64,000 nt of DNA from Candidatus Heimdallarchaeum aukensis (GTDB lineage Archaea; Asgardarchaeota; Heimdallarchaeia; Heimdallarchaeales; Heimdallarchaeaceae), in assembly GCA_021513695.1 (NCBI GenBank), contig CP084166.1, forward strand, positions 1,920,001 through 1,984,000, written 5' to 3'. The notes below the pieces were generated by a model. The model did not search any database, had not been told where the DNA came from, and was given only the letters and a program-made list of their open reading frames with translations. This document shows positions 18,716 through 28,847 of this stretch, piece by piece (positions within the stretch are counted from its first letter, which is position 1; each line of letters opens with the position of its first letter). A program made the translations under genes and the position numbers.

Positions 18716-21127
18716 TTACATTTTTAGTTTTCCTATTATTGTTATTATTTCCCCCTTTTTGTCTTTGAATACTTCACTCTCTGCTATTTCTCTTAATTTT
18801 TTCAAGTATTTCTTTACCAATTCGTTTTCTTCTGGTAAGTTTACTTTTTTCTTTTGTACGTTGGGCTTTTTTTCTTTTTCTCCCACCAGTTTAACTTTGT
18901 ATTCTCTTTTTTGTTTTCCTTCTTTCACTCTTATCTTGTTTTGATTAGTCACTTCATATTCTTTTTTTGCATTCTCTTTTCTGTCATTCTCTTTTCTGGC
19001 ATTCGAGAACCCTTTTTCTTTTATCAATTCCACGAATTTTTCTCCTACTTTATTCCACACTTGTTGGTATTCCCACATAATCAGTATTATCAGAGCTATA
19101 TCTTCTTCTTTTCCTTTCAGCATATTTACTCCGTTTATAGACATTCCTTGTTTTATTGCTGTTGATAGACCAGCTCTTTTTTTCAGAATAGACAGTTTTC
19201 CCTCACTTAAATTGTACTTTTCTTTTAGATATTTTATCCAAGCTTCTCTTTTCTCTATCATTCTTGAGTTACCAAAGTCTACGAAAAGTTTTCCTTTTTT
19301 ATCTATCTTAAAATACATTGGTTCGTGCAACAGAACAGGGCTAAAGTTCTTTATATCAACATTTTTCATCAATTCGTTTAATAAATTGAATTTGCAAGTT
19401 ATCAGTGGGCTTTTTCTGTTCTCGCTTACTCTTAAAAGATCTCCCCTTTCGTTTTCTAGTATAACAAACGTGTCTTTTGATATATTTCTTTTTTCGGTTA
19501 TCTTATGTCCTATCCAATTGCCATCTATAGTTCCTACTTTAAATTTGAAAAATTCTGTAACTTTTTTTGCTATTGAAGAATTATTGGCTAATATATTTTC
19601 TATTTCTTCTAAAGAAAGACAGGTAAAATCCACATTTTCTATTTTCTTTATTATTTCTTTGAAGATTTGCTCTGTAAAACTTTTAATATTGTTAATTGTT
19701 TCAATATTTTTACTTTCAGAAATTTTTGTTATTAAAGAGAAACGTTCATTTGTTGGCACTAAATTAAGAACAATTTCGTCGTAAGTTCTAATTGCGTATC
19801 TAGAAGCCCATTTTTCTAAATAAGAGTAATAGTAAAACAGCTCATCTTTGCACCCAATAAATTCTAAACGGTGTTTTGTTTCGCAGCTGCTTAAAACTTC
19901 AAAATCCTTGAATAGCCCCTCTTTTGTAATAATATTATAAAGGACGTCCTGAATCTTGATGATTGTCTCTATAAAACTATATTTATTTTCTAGGTTATAA
20001 ACAAATTTTCTCTTTTTCAGTCTCGTGAGAAGAAGATTATCTATTTTTTTGAAAATATTTTTATTTTCATTTTTTTCTTCAAATGATGGAATCTCAATAA
20101 AATCAAGGTTAATTCTTGGTTGAAGATCAGTTGCTTCAATTCTCACTATAGAGTTATTCTCACTCACTAGATCTATATAATTGACTATATCGTTTGTAAC
20201 TACTAAATATCCTTGAAGGTTTTTTGTTGCTTCAAATGTCCAACCATTTTCAAGTAAAGAAATAAGTTGATGTTGTTTTATTGCTGCATTTAAGATAAGA
20301 TTTATTGTATCAAGATCTAAACCACTTTTTATTAGCGCTTCTTTTAGATCTCCGTTTTTTTCTTTTCTTAGGAAATCTAAGCCAATATCGTGTAGAGAAC
20401 TTCTTCTTTTTCTTATTAACATTCTTACTAGTTCTTTTTTCTCTTTCACTGCCTCATCTAGACTACCTATTTCAGAGTTTATTTTTTCAAAGATTTTAGA
20501 TTTACGTCTGAAATATACGTTATTTGAACCATTAAACTTCAAGTTTATCGTTTTAATTATATATTTCCCTGAAGCATCTCTTGCCAGCAGTAACTGATCA
20601 AATCCATTATTTTTCCTCTTTCCAAATTTACCAAAACATAGAGTCTCTTCTGCTGTTCCTATCAACTCAACAACATATTTTGTTGTTAATGTGCTTAAAA
20701 TATAAATTAACTGAAATCTCTCAACATAAGCTCGTGGATCATTAACAAAAATTACTTCTTCTTTTATTCCTGCTAAAAATAAGATGATTCTAATAAAAGC
20801 TTCTATTTCAATCTCATTAATTGTTCTAAAAAAGTGCTTGTACTTCTTTTCAAATTCCTTTTTTCCTACTTTGCTATAAATTGAACTTTCTATTTCCTTT
20901 ATTATTTTATTTATAAAAATCATAAAGAATAATTTAAGAGATTCTAACTCCAGTCTAGTAATTGAATCCACTCTTAATTTACTTATTTTCTTTAAGTTAT
21001 TTCTTTCTAAATCCAGTTCTTGTTGTTCTTTGAGGAGATGAAATAATTCTGTAATAGTAGAGCAACGCAAAAGATTCCAGATATTTAAATTTGCATTTTT
21101 ATAAACAATTTTTTTCATTATATGCAA
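18716..21127 (-). CDS. large hypothetical protein with a lysine-rich C-terminal tail
   Basis: 803 aa with no recognisable catalytic motif. The C-terminal ~100 aa are K/E-rich. The stop codon abuts the CCA end of tRNA-Arg. Confidence 0.5.
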   Translation of the reverse strand: MHIMKKIVYKNANLNIWNLLRCSTITELFHLLKEQQELDLERNNLKKISKLRVDSITRLELESLKLFFMIFINKIIKEIESSIYSKVGKKEFEKKYKHFFRTINEIEIEAFIRIILFLAGIKEEVIFVNDPRAYVERFQLIYILSTLTTKYVVELIGTAEETLCFGKFGKRKNNGFDQLLLARDASGKYIIKTINLKFNGSNNVYFRRKSKIFEKINSEIGSLDEAVKEKKELVRMLIRKRRSSLHDIGLDFLRKEKNGDLKEALIKSGLDLDTINLILNAAIKQHQLISLLENGWTFEATKNLQGYLVVTNDIVNYIDLVSENNSIVRIEATDLQPRINLDFIEIPSFEEKNENKNIFKKIDNLLLTRLKKRKFVYNLENKYSFIETIIKIQDVLYNIITKEGLFKDFEVLSSCETKHRLEFIGCKDELFYYYSYLEKWASRYAIRTYDEIVLNLVPTNERFSLITKISESKNIETINNIKSFTEQIFKEIIKKIENVDFTCLSLEEIENILANNSSIAKKVTEFFKFKVGTIDGNWIGHKITEKRNISKDTFVILENERGDLLRVSENRKSPLITCKFNLLNELMKNVDIKNFSPVLLHEPMYFKIDKKGKLFVDFGNSRMIEKREAWIKYLKEKYNLSEGKLSILKKRAGLSTAIKQGMSINGVNMLKGKEEDIALIILIMWEYQQVWNKVGEKFVELIKEKGFSNARKENDRKENAKKEYEVTNQNKIRVKEGKQKREYKVKLVGEKEKKPNVQKKKVNLPEENELVKKYLKKLREIAESEVFKDKKGEIITIIGKLKM

Positions 21128-21206
21128 TTTGTCTATTTTAGAATTCTATAAAAACATATAGCGAAACATTCATTATAAATCAATTACTTTCAGATTCTCC
21201 TTTAAA

Positions 21207-21518
21207 GTGTTTAAAACAGTCAATTCCTGCGATATTTTCACTTTCAATTTTTTTACCGAGTATCAATTTTCTGTGGAGTATAAATATTATTTATTTTTAT
21301 TATTAATAATGATTGAAAATAGTGAGCAAAATAATAAGTGGAAAAGTCTTCCTTACTTTAATCTCTCAATAGGTGTTCCTCTACTTTTAATTGTAGTCTA
21401 TATGATATTTTCAGGTGCTCTCCAACTATCGATATTTATTATTGTATCAATAAGTCTACTTTTCATAGGTCTTGCGTATTCTGTTTATATTATTAAAAAA
21501 AGAAAGAAGGATGTTTAA
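21207..21518 (+). CDS. small membrane protein (hypothetical)
   Basis: 103 aa with two hydrophobic helices. Confidence 0.3.
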   Translation: MFKTVNSCDIFTFNFFTEYQFSVEYKYYLFLLLIMIENSEQNNKWKSLPYFNLSIGVPLLLIVVYMIFSGALQLSIFIIVSISLLFIGLAYSVYIIKKRKKDV

Positions 21519-21618
21519 AAGTAAAAGAGAGTAGTTTCTTTGATTTAAAAGAGGATAAATAATTTAGTAGAGTAAAATAGTGTAATATTTTTATAGATTC
21601 TTCAGACCGTTTTCTCGA

Positions 21619-23169
21619 ATGGTAATTCCCGAGAAGCTTAAAGAACTTATGAGTAGCGGTTATCAACTTACGCCAGAAACATTTTCGTTTTTGATGCAAG
21701 AGACGGATAGAGATGGGATTATAGATAAGATTTTGAAAATTAAACCAAAAGAAGTTATTTTAGATCTAGATACAATCAAAAGAATCATTAAAACAGATAT
21801 TTCAGAAACTAAATTAAGTGATAGTGAGAAAAAAAAGCAAATTGAGATTACTGAAAAAAAAGTTATAGAAAAAAAAATTGTCCAAAAGAGTCCTCCAGCA
21901 ACAATACCAAGAGAGAGGAAAAATAAAATTGACACACAATTAGAGATTATTAATACACCTTCAATGGAAGTAGATAGAATCTCTGTGGATCGATTTCACG
22001 AATATTTTGTTAGTCGATTTAAACAAATATCAAAGATATTTGAGGGAAGGCGTGATATAAAAAATATTGTCAATACAAGATATCTAAAATCGATTGATTC
22101 ACGTGATGAAGTTTCAGTTATCGCCTCTGTTTTTTCCAAAACTGAAAGAAGTAACGGCATTTTTTCTTTTGAATTGGAGGACTTAGAAGGTAAAATAGAA
22201 GCAATATTAGTAAAAAAACCTCAAACAATAATACAAAAAGCTATTCATGTCCTTGAAGATTCAATTCTTTGTTTCACAGGTCAATGGAGACGAGGATTAC
22301 TTTACATTTCAGATATTTTCTGGCCAGATATTCCATATAATAAACCAGTACATTATTCAGAACAAGATGTTTTTGCTCTATTTATTTCTGACATACACAT
22401 AGGTTCAAGACATTTTCTCAAGAATTTGTTCATGAAGAGTATAAAATTTCTTAACTCTGATTTAAATTCTTCAAAGCTTAATAAAATAGGAGAGCAAGTA
22501 AAATACCTTTTTGTAGCAGGAGATGTAGTAGACGGAGTAGGGGTTTACCCTAATCAAGATGCAGATCTTGTATTAAAAAATATTAAAGTTCAATATTTGC
22601 AAGCTTCAGAATATTTTGAAAAGATCAATTCAGATATTGAGATAATTATAATACCAGGAAATCACGACGCAGCAAGAGCTGCAGAACCCCAATCACCCAT
22701 TAGAAAAGAATTTGCAGAAGAGCTATATGAAATAGATAATATCCATTTATTGGGTAGTCCCGCATATATTAAAGCTCATAATGTAGAGATTTTAATGTCT
22801 CACGGCAATTCAATAATTGACATTAATGCAGCAATTAGGGATATTCCCAATGAATCTGCAGTACCTGCCATGGTCGAAATGCTAAGAAATAGGCATTTAG
22901 TCCCAATATATGGACAGAGAACACCGATTATGCCAGATTATATTGATCAATTAGTCATCAATCGTATCCCAGATATTTTTCATGCTGGACACACACATCT
23001 TTGTGAGGATTCCACCTATAGAAATGTTACTTTAATTAGCTCAGGAACATTCCAGTCACAAACAGAATATCAGAAAAGTATGAATATTAATCCAAATCCT
23101 GGAGAAACCTATATTATAAATTTAAAGAATCTGCAGAGAATAGGTATTGATTTCAAAAATATAAATTAG
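21619..23169 (+). CDS. polB: DNA polymerase II (PolD) small subunit DP1, calcineurin-like phosphoesterase
   Basis: Metallophosphatase motifs FISDIHIGSRHF, GDVVDG, IIPGNHDAAR and HAGHTHL. N-terminal region typical of DP1. Confidence 0.85.
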   Translation: MVIPEKLKELMSSGYQLTPETFSFLMQETDRDGIIDKILKIKPKEVILDLDTIKRIIKTDISETKLSDSEKKKQIEITEKKVIEKKIVQKSPPATIPRERKNKIDTQLEIINTPSMEVDRISVDRFHEYFVSRFKQISKIFEGRRDIKNIVNTRYLKSIDSRDEVSVIASVFSKTERSNGIFSFELEDLEGKIEAILVKKPQTIIQKAIHVLEDSILCFTGQWRRGLLYISDIFWPDIPYNKPVHYSEQDVFALFISDIHIGSRHFLKNLFMKSIKFLNSDLNSSKLNKIGEQVKYLFVAGDVVDGVGVYPNQDADLVLKNIKVQYLQASEYFEKINSDIEIIIIPGNHDAARAAEPQSPIRKEFAEELYEIDNIHLLGSPAYIKAHNVEILMSHGNSIIDINAAIRDIPNESAVPAMVEMLRNRHLVPIYGQRTPIMPDYIDQLVINRIPDIFHAGHTHLCEDSTYRNVTLISSGTFQSQTEYQKSMNINPNPGETYIINLKNLQRIGIDFKNIN

Positions 23170-23196
23170 AATTTTAAAAAAATAATAAAAATAAAT

Positions 23197-23595
23197 TTAT
23201 TCTTCGTCAATTTCTACATAGGATAAAATATCTGCAATCTTTGGTGCATGGCTAGATAGTACCGCTATCGCTGTTTTAAATTCTTCAATATCGCTTGTTC
23301 CACCAATTAAGTGAAAATCTCCAATAGATTTGATAATCAACAGCCCGTTTTTTCCTCGTACCATAACATCATTAATAGGTGAAAAATTTAGACGTTCTAA
23401 TGCCAATCTAGCTGCAGCAACAAGTGCTGCTCCAATAGCTGATAATTCTGTAGAATTAGCTTTTTTATCTCCTGCATAAAAAGCCACCCTATCACCTGTT
23501 GCAGTTAAGACCGCAAGAGCTTCTAATTTAGCTTGTTGTGTAATTTCTTTTAGTTCTTTAGCTAAAGCATAGGCAATTTTTCTTTCTAGTTTCAT
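23197..23595 (-). CDS. Roadblock/LC7 (MglB-like) domain protein
   Basis: 132 aa with an alpha-beta-alpha pattern and a length typical of Roadblock/LC7. Confidence 0.55.
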   Translation of the reverse strand: MKLERKIAYALAKELKEITQQAKLEALAVLTATGDRVAFYAGDKKANSTELSAIGAALVAAARLALERLNFSPINDVMVRGKNGLLIIKSIGDFHLIGGTSDIEEFKTAIAVLSSHAPKIADILSYVEIDEE

Positions 23596-23674
23596 TTTTT
23601 TCCCCTTAACATCTTTTCTTAAATAACGATTAAAGCATACTAGCTTAATTAATTTTACTATAAAAAAAGTGAAT

Positions 23675-24487
23675 TTATCTTAAAATTATCTTTATCATCC
23701 TATCCACTAATCTATCAGGTAAGTACTCTAAAACGCGTCTACCTCGATTATTTTTAATTTTATATCTTGGTTTTGGATTTTTCGTATGCATAACTTTGTA
23801 AACCAATTTTGCAATAGTGTAGGGATCAGTAGCTCTTTTCCACTCTGCTGAACTTAATTCATGTATTCTCTTTATTTGCCTTGAAAATAAAGAAGACTCT
23901 GATTCTGCATAATAATTAGGAGTCTTGTCTAAAAGGTTGGTTTTTACAGCACCAGGCTGTATCGTTGAAACTTTAACGCCAACAAACATCAATTCGCGCC
24001 GTAAAGCATCAGAAAATGATTCTATTGCATATTTGGTCATAGAATAGGGCCCACTAAATGGGGGAGTAAATCTACCAGCTTCGGAACTAATATTAATTAT
24101 TCTTCCTTTTCTTTTATGGATCAGTGAAAAAAAAGTTTTAGTAACAAAAATTGTTCCAAACACATTTACTTCGAAAATCCTATTTATTAGTTCCATATCC
24201 ATCTCAATCAATGAACCACCAACAAAAATTCCAGCATTGTTAACTAAAGCATCAATTCCTTGATACTGCTCTTCTACAAGTTCCTTTGTTATTAGTATAC
24301 TATCATGGTTACTTAAATCCATTTTAAAGAAATCAATATTTGAATACTGCTCAAGAATTTCATCAGAAAGTTTACTTTTATCTGTTGCAATAACATAGTC
24401 TCCTTTTTCTGCCAGAAATTTAGTAATAGCTAACCCAATTCCAGCTGATGCTCCTGTTACAAGAACAAACTTAGATTTTTTCGCCAT
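23675..24487 (-). CDS. short-chain dehydrogenase/reductase (SDR)
   Basis: TGASAGIG Rossmann motif, NNAG, and YSMTKYAIE (the catalytic YxxxK). Confidence 0.85.
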   Translation of the reverse strand: MAKKSKFVLVTGASAGIGLAITKFLAEKGDYVIATDKSKLSDEILEQYSNIDFFKMDLSNHDSILITKELVEEQYQGIDALVNNAGIFVGGSLIEMDMELINRIFEVNVFGTIFVTKTFFSLIHKRKGRIINISSEAGRFTPPFSGPYSMTKYAIESFSDALRRELMFVGVKVSTIQPGAVKTNLLDKTPNYYAESESSLFSRQIKRIHELSSAEWKRATDPYTIAKLVYKVMHTKNPKPRYKIKNNRGRRVLEYLPDRLVDRMIKIILR

Positions 24488-24712
24488 ATAGATCGCTTTT
24501 TAGTTTTGATTGAAATTTTTTTAGTTACTATAAGTTTTTCTAATTATTGATTTTTATAGTTTGAAATCTTAAACACTAAATCGGAGGATTATTCAAATAA
24601 AAAAATTAACAAATAAAAATTAATCTGATAAGTAATGTTTTTAAACCTCACACTTCTACTCATTTCAAATAATAAGAGACTAAAAAATAGTTCAACAATT
24701 AGGTGAATAACT

Positions 24713-26962
24713 GTGTCTAGCAACGAAGGCTTATCAGATATGTTATCAAATTTATGGGATCGTATAGTCGATCACTTCGAAGATTATGAAATAAAAAAAG
24801 AGGATATTCTGCACAAATTAGCTTTTCTACTTATTTTATCAGTAGGAATAATAGTAAGATTATTTAGTGTCATCAAAGGATATGACCCTTTGATAAAAGC
24901 ATTTGATCCCTATGTTCAACTACAAAGTGCGACATACATTAGCGATCACGGTTTTGCAAATTTTGTTCATTGGTTTAAAACAGATTCATGGTATCCTTTT
25001 GGTTTTAAGATTGGACAAGAATTGTATTGGGGAGTACCTTTAAGTGCTGTTTTGCTAAAGATGATACTTGGTTTTCTATCAATAAATATAACTATGCAGC
25101 AGGCAGCCTATTACAGCCCCGTAATTTATGGAACTTTAACAATAATCGCAGCCTATTACTTAGGAAAAGAAGCAAATGGTCCAAGAACGGGATTATTTAC
25201 TGCATTTTTCATGTCGATTACTCCTGCATTCTTATCAAGAAGTGTTGCGGGATTTTTTGACAATGAATCAGTAGGTATCCTATTTACAGTTCTCTCATTG
25301 TACTTCTTCATAAAGGCAATGAAAAACGGTAAGACCTCATCAGCAATTTGGGGAGGAATAAGTTTAGCTGCTTTGATGGGTAGTTGGGGTGCCTACAGGT
25401 ACGTTTTAGATCTACTACCTTTGACTGTATTTTTCTTAGCAATGCTTCGTAAACTTAACTATAAAATTGTAAAAAGTTACACAATAACAATTTCCACAGC
25501 ATTAAGCTTAGGTTTTGTTGTTATTCGTGTCCTCAAGAATGAATTTTTCAATATTGAAATCATGATACCTGTCTTAATGATTGTTTTTCTAATATTGGTA
25601 AGTATGATACAAAATATGGCTAGCAATCTGAGTGAAAGATTGTTTAAGAAAATAGTCGTTATTAGTGTCCTAAGCATAATGACATTAGTTGCTGTTGCTA
25701 CTGCAATCTTCCTTTCTTTAGGTATATTCCAAAACATTGCTGACAAATTCTGGGCAGTAATTCTACCTAGTGGTCGATCTTCAATTCCAATAATATCATC
25801 AGTAAGCGAACATCAACCTATGGCTTGGGGAGAATTATTCAATAACATTCACATAATGACATTTCTGATACCATTAGGCATTTACTATTGCTTAAAAAAA
25901 CCAACAGATGTTAATATCACCATATTACTCTTTGGAATAACAACGATATACTTCTCAGGTTCAATGATAAGATTAGCCTTATTACTTGCACCCGCTGCAT
26001 CTTTATTAAGTGCAATAGCTATTGATAAATTATTATTCCCATATGCGTTAAGTGCTCATGGAAAAATAGCCCTAACAAAGAGAAAACTACGTGTTGCAAA
26101 ATCAATAGGAAGAGATGAGGCAATTATAGTATATGTAATAATTTTTGGTTTACTAGTTACCTTTGTTTTCCACAGTATGGGAATAGCTAAAAACTTTGCT
26201 CAATCTGAAATGGCTCCAATAGTTAACAGCCAAAATCTGCTGCCACTCACAGATTGGCAAGAAGCCCTACTTTGGTTAAGAAACAATGCGCAAGGAGAAG
26301 GAATAGTGAAAAACAGCCCTTCAGTGGTGCTCAGCTGGTGGGATTACGGGTATTGGATAACAAATTATGGAAACGCTACAACACTTGTTGATAACGCAAC
26401 CACTAACAAAACGCAGATTGGTGTAGTTGGAACAATGCTTATGTGGAACTTCACAGAAGCAGTGAAATTAATGTACAAATATAATGTGAAATACGTCTTG
26501 ATCAACAGTCAAGCAGGAGAAACTGGTTTAGGTTCAGATCTAGGAAAAGCAATATGGCCAATACGTATTGCAGAATCTACAGTACCTAGATATGGAATAA
26601 ATGAAACAGAATATTATTCCAAATCAGAAACTGAAGGAGAAGGCACAATATATAAGGAACCATTCTATATGTCAGTCTTATATAGATTAGCAGCCTATGA
26701 TGAAAATTCAGGTTTCGCTTTCCATCCAAACGGACCTCAAACATCAGAGAGCGGATCGTTTGTATTAATGAAAAATTATCCTGTAAAAACCTTAGAAGGA
26801 AGTGATGGCTTCGTTTACTTCAAAGAAGTTTTTAGAAGCTTTGGTCTAGGTGGCCTATCAGAAGCAAGAGCATACCCAACAGTCAGAATATACGAAGTCA
26901 TTTATCCACCAAATATTGCACAGTTGGCTGCTGAACTTAATTCTTTATATCCAGAAGTTTAA
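24713..26962 (+). CDS. aglB: archaeal oligosaccharyltransferase AglB (STT3 family)
   Basis: 749 aa polytopic N-terminal domain plus the diagnostic WWDYGYWI motif. Confidence 0.85.
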   Translation: MSSNEGLSDMLSNLWDRIVDHFEDYEIKKEDILHKLAFLLILSVGIIVRLFSVIKGYDPLIKAFDPYVQLQSATYISDHGFANFVHWFKTDSWYPFGFKIGQELYWGVPLSAVLLKMILGFLSINITMQQAAYYSPVIYGTLTIIAAYYLGKEANGPRTGLFTAFFMSITPAFLSRSVAGFFDNESVGILFTVLSLYFFIKAMKNGKTSSAIWGGISLAALMGSWGAYRYVLDLLPLTVFFLAMLRKLNYKIVKSYTITISTALSLGFVVIRVLKNEFFNIEIMIPVLMIVFLILVSMIQNMASNLSERLFKKIVVISVLSIMTLVAVATAIFLSLGIFQNIADKFWAVILPSGRSSIPIISSVSEHQPMAWGELFNNIHIMTFLIPLGIYYCLKKPTDVNITILLFGITTIYFSGSMIRLALLLAPAASLLSAIAIDKLLFPYALSAHGKIALTKRKLRVAKSIGRDEAIIVYVIIFGLLVTFVFHSMGIAKNFAQSEMAPIVNSQNLLPLTDWQEALLWLRNNAQGEGIVKNSPSVVLSWWDYGYWITNYGNATTLVDNATTNKTQIGVVGTMLMWNFTEAVKLMYKYNVKYVLINSQAGETGLGSDLGKAIWPIRIAESTVPRYGINETEYYSKSETEGEGTIYKEPFYMSVLYRLAAYDENSGFAFHPNGPQTSESGSFVLMKNYPVKTLEGSDGFVYFKEVFRSFGLGGLSEARAYPTVRIYEVIYPPNIAQLAAELNSLYPEV

Positions 26963-27037
26963 CTTTTTTCTACTTCTTTTCTTCTCTTTTTACCTTTATC
27001 TTTTTTCAATTTTAAAAATGAAGTAAAATCAAAAAAG

Positions 27038-27196
27038 TTACAAACTAAAGTTTATCCTTGTTTTTGTATTATCAGGTTTGTGATTTAAGTATTGTACAAC
27101 GTAATGAGGAAGGCAATAATATTTTCCATCTTCCCCCATTATGAGATGATGATTACTACTGCATCCACATATAGCACATTTCCTAATGGTTGGCAT
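27038..27196 (-). CDS. 52-aa zinc-ribbon-like small protein (not in the ORF track)
   Basis: MPTIRKCAICGCSSNHHLIMGEDGKYYCLPHYVV..., preceded by the SD ggggga. Confidence 0.3.
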   Translation of the reverse strand: MPTIRKCAICGCSSNHHLIMGEDGKYYCLPHYVVQYLNHKPDNTKTRINFSL

Positions 27197-27400
27197 TTGT
27201 ATCCCCCAATATAATGAGCAGTAAAATCATTAATAAAAATTTTGTTTATTATAATATTCGTGTAATTTATCATTAATAGACAGTAATTAAAATAGTTTTT
27301 CGTTTTTAAAAATAGCAATTTAATTATATATAAGGCAATTTATTATTTAATTATGTAAGTGTAAAAGAAACCCCCCAATTTTGTTGCATTTTTATAAACA

Positions 27401-28717
27401 ATGATAGTAATAAAGATGATGATTAAAGAAGTAAGCATACGTGAAGAAATTAAAGAGATAAGAAGATTGATTGAAAATTTACTTGAAGGGTATATATCAC
27501 CTACCGAATTTAGAATGAAAACAGCGAAGTACAGTCAAAAAAAGGTGTATACATTATTCAGAGACTCTTTTCCGAAATTTGAAACAACAATAAAAAATAT
27601 TGTTGTAAGATTGTTTAAAAGTTATTTCTTTTCTAAAGATTATGAAAAAAATATTTTTTTAATAGAATATGTAGACTACAAAAATTTTTTCCCAGAACTA
27701 AAACAATTCCATGATTCAGTATATTTCAAAGGAATGAATTTGAAAGAAATTGAAAATTATTTTTTAAAACAATTAGTAGAAAAAAGTACGTTTACTCCAT
27801 TAGAAAAAGAATTTCTGAAATTATTAAATGAACAAATAGAAAGCAAAGAACCAATCATATTTAATAAGATTGCAAAAAAATTAAACGTTTCCAACAAGAA
27901 GATCACTATAATCTTAAACAATTTGAAGAAAAAAGGAATAAGGTTAAAAGCTAGTATAGATTGGAAAAAGATCGGAATAAATGAATGTTTCACCTTATCA
28001 GAGAAAGAAGTTGGTAAATCAATATTAATGAAAAAGAATTATACTCTTTTTCCTGATTTAAAAATCCATTACATAATATCATTAAACGAAAATAAAACAG
28101 CAGATTATAGAGTAGTTAATAAAAAATATATTATTAATATTCCAATAATTTTAAAGAACAGAAACCTATCTAAGCAGAATAAAATAATGGAACAAGTAAT
28201 ATTGCAAAAAAAAGAAAATTTAGAGGATAAATCAAACTATTTAAAGATTAATAGTACAAATCATATAGAAAAAAAAACTAATGACTATATTCTCAGCTTG
28301 TTAGTAAATTGTGCAAAAGACTATAAACGACCAAATTTTAAAGTAATAACTGAAAATTATGAAATATCAGAACGAACATTAACTAGAACAAAGCAGAAAT
28401 TTGTGGATCAAGAGATAATCAAACCAGAAATCAGGATTAAAAGCAAAAATCATGTTAAAATTCTACTAATTACTAAAACACAACAATCATTTTTATATCC
28501 CTTATTACCATCTTTAGAAGAATACCATGTTATTGATAAGATGAATAATCAGTCATGGTTTTATATCCTCCAAATATGGAGAGAAGATGTTGAAGATTTA
28601 CTAAAAATTCTTAAAAAATACCCTAATTGTTATCTAGTAATTAACGAAGAAACAAAATATTATCAAGGAAAAAAAATGCAATTAATGCAAGAAAAAAAAT
28701 GTATAATGAATTTTTAA
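27401..28717 (+). CDS. hypothetical protein, possibly a multi-winged-helix DNA-binding protein
   Basis: 438 aa, K/I-rich; I recognise no catalytic motifs. Confidence 0.4.
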   Translation: MIVIKMMIKEVSIREEIKEIRRLIENLLEGYISPTEFRMKTAKYSQKKVYTLFRDSFPKFETTIKNIVVRLFKSYFFSKDYEKNIFLIEYVDYKNFFPELKQFHDSVYFKGMNLKEIENYFLKQLVEKSTFTPLEKEFLKLLNEQIESKEPIIFNKIAKKLNVSNKKITIILNNLKKKGIRLKASIDWKKIGINECFTLSEKEVGKSILMKKNYTLFPDLKIHYIISLNENKTADYRVVNKKYIINIPIILKNRNLSKQNKIMEQVILQKKENLEDKSNYLKINSTNHIEKKTNDYILSLLVNCAKDYKRPNFKVITENYEISERTLTRTKQKFVDQEIIKPEIRIKSKNHVKILLITKTQQSFLYPLLPSLEEYHVIDKMNNQSWFYILQIWREDVEDLLKILKKYPNCYLVINEETKYYQGKKMQLMQEKKCIMNF

Positions 28718-28847
28718 CTTTATAAAAGGATAAGATAAATACTACCTACACAACAATAATAAAAGAGAATATTGATGAATTAAATAAAGAAATATCAAAA
28801 AAAAGCTATATTAAAAATCGTGATAATTAAAAAGAAAGAGGATTTAG

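Noticed and set aside
18759-20499. Plus-strand ORFs 18759.., 18854.., 19212.. and 20305..
   Set aside because: They are antisense to the 803-aa gene and very F/L/S-rich. This is a composition artefact of the K/E-rich gene on the other strand.
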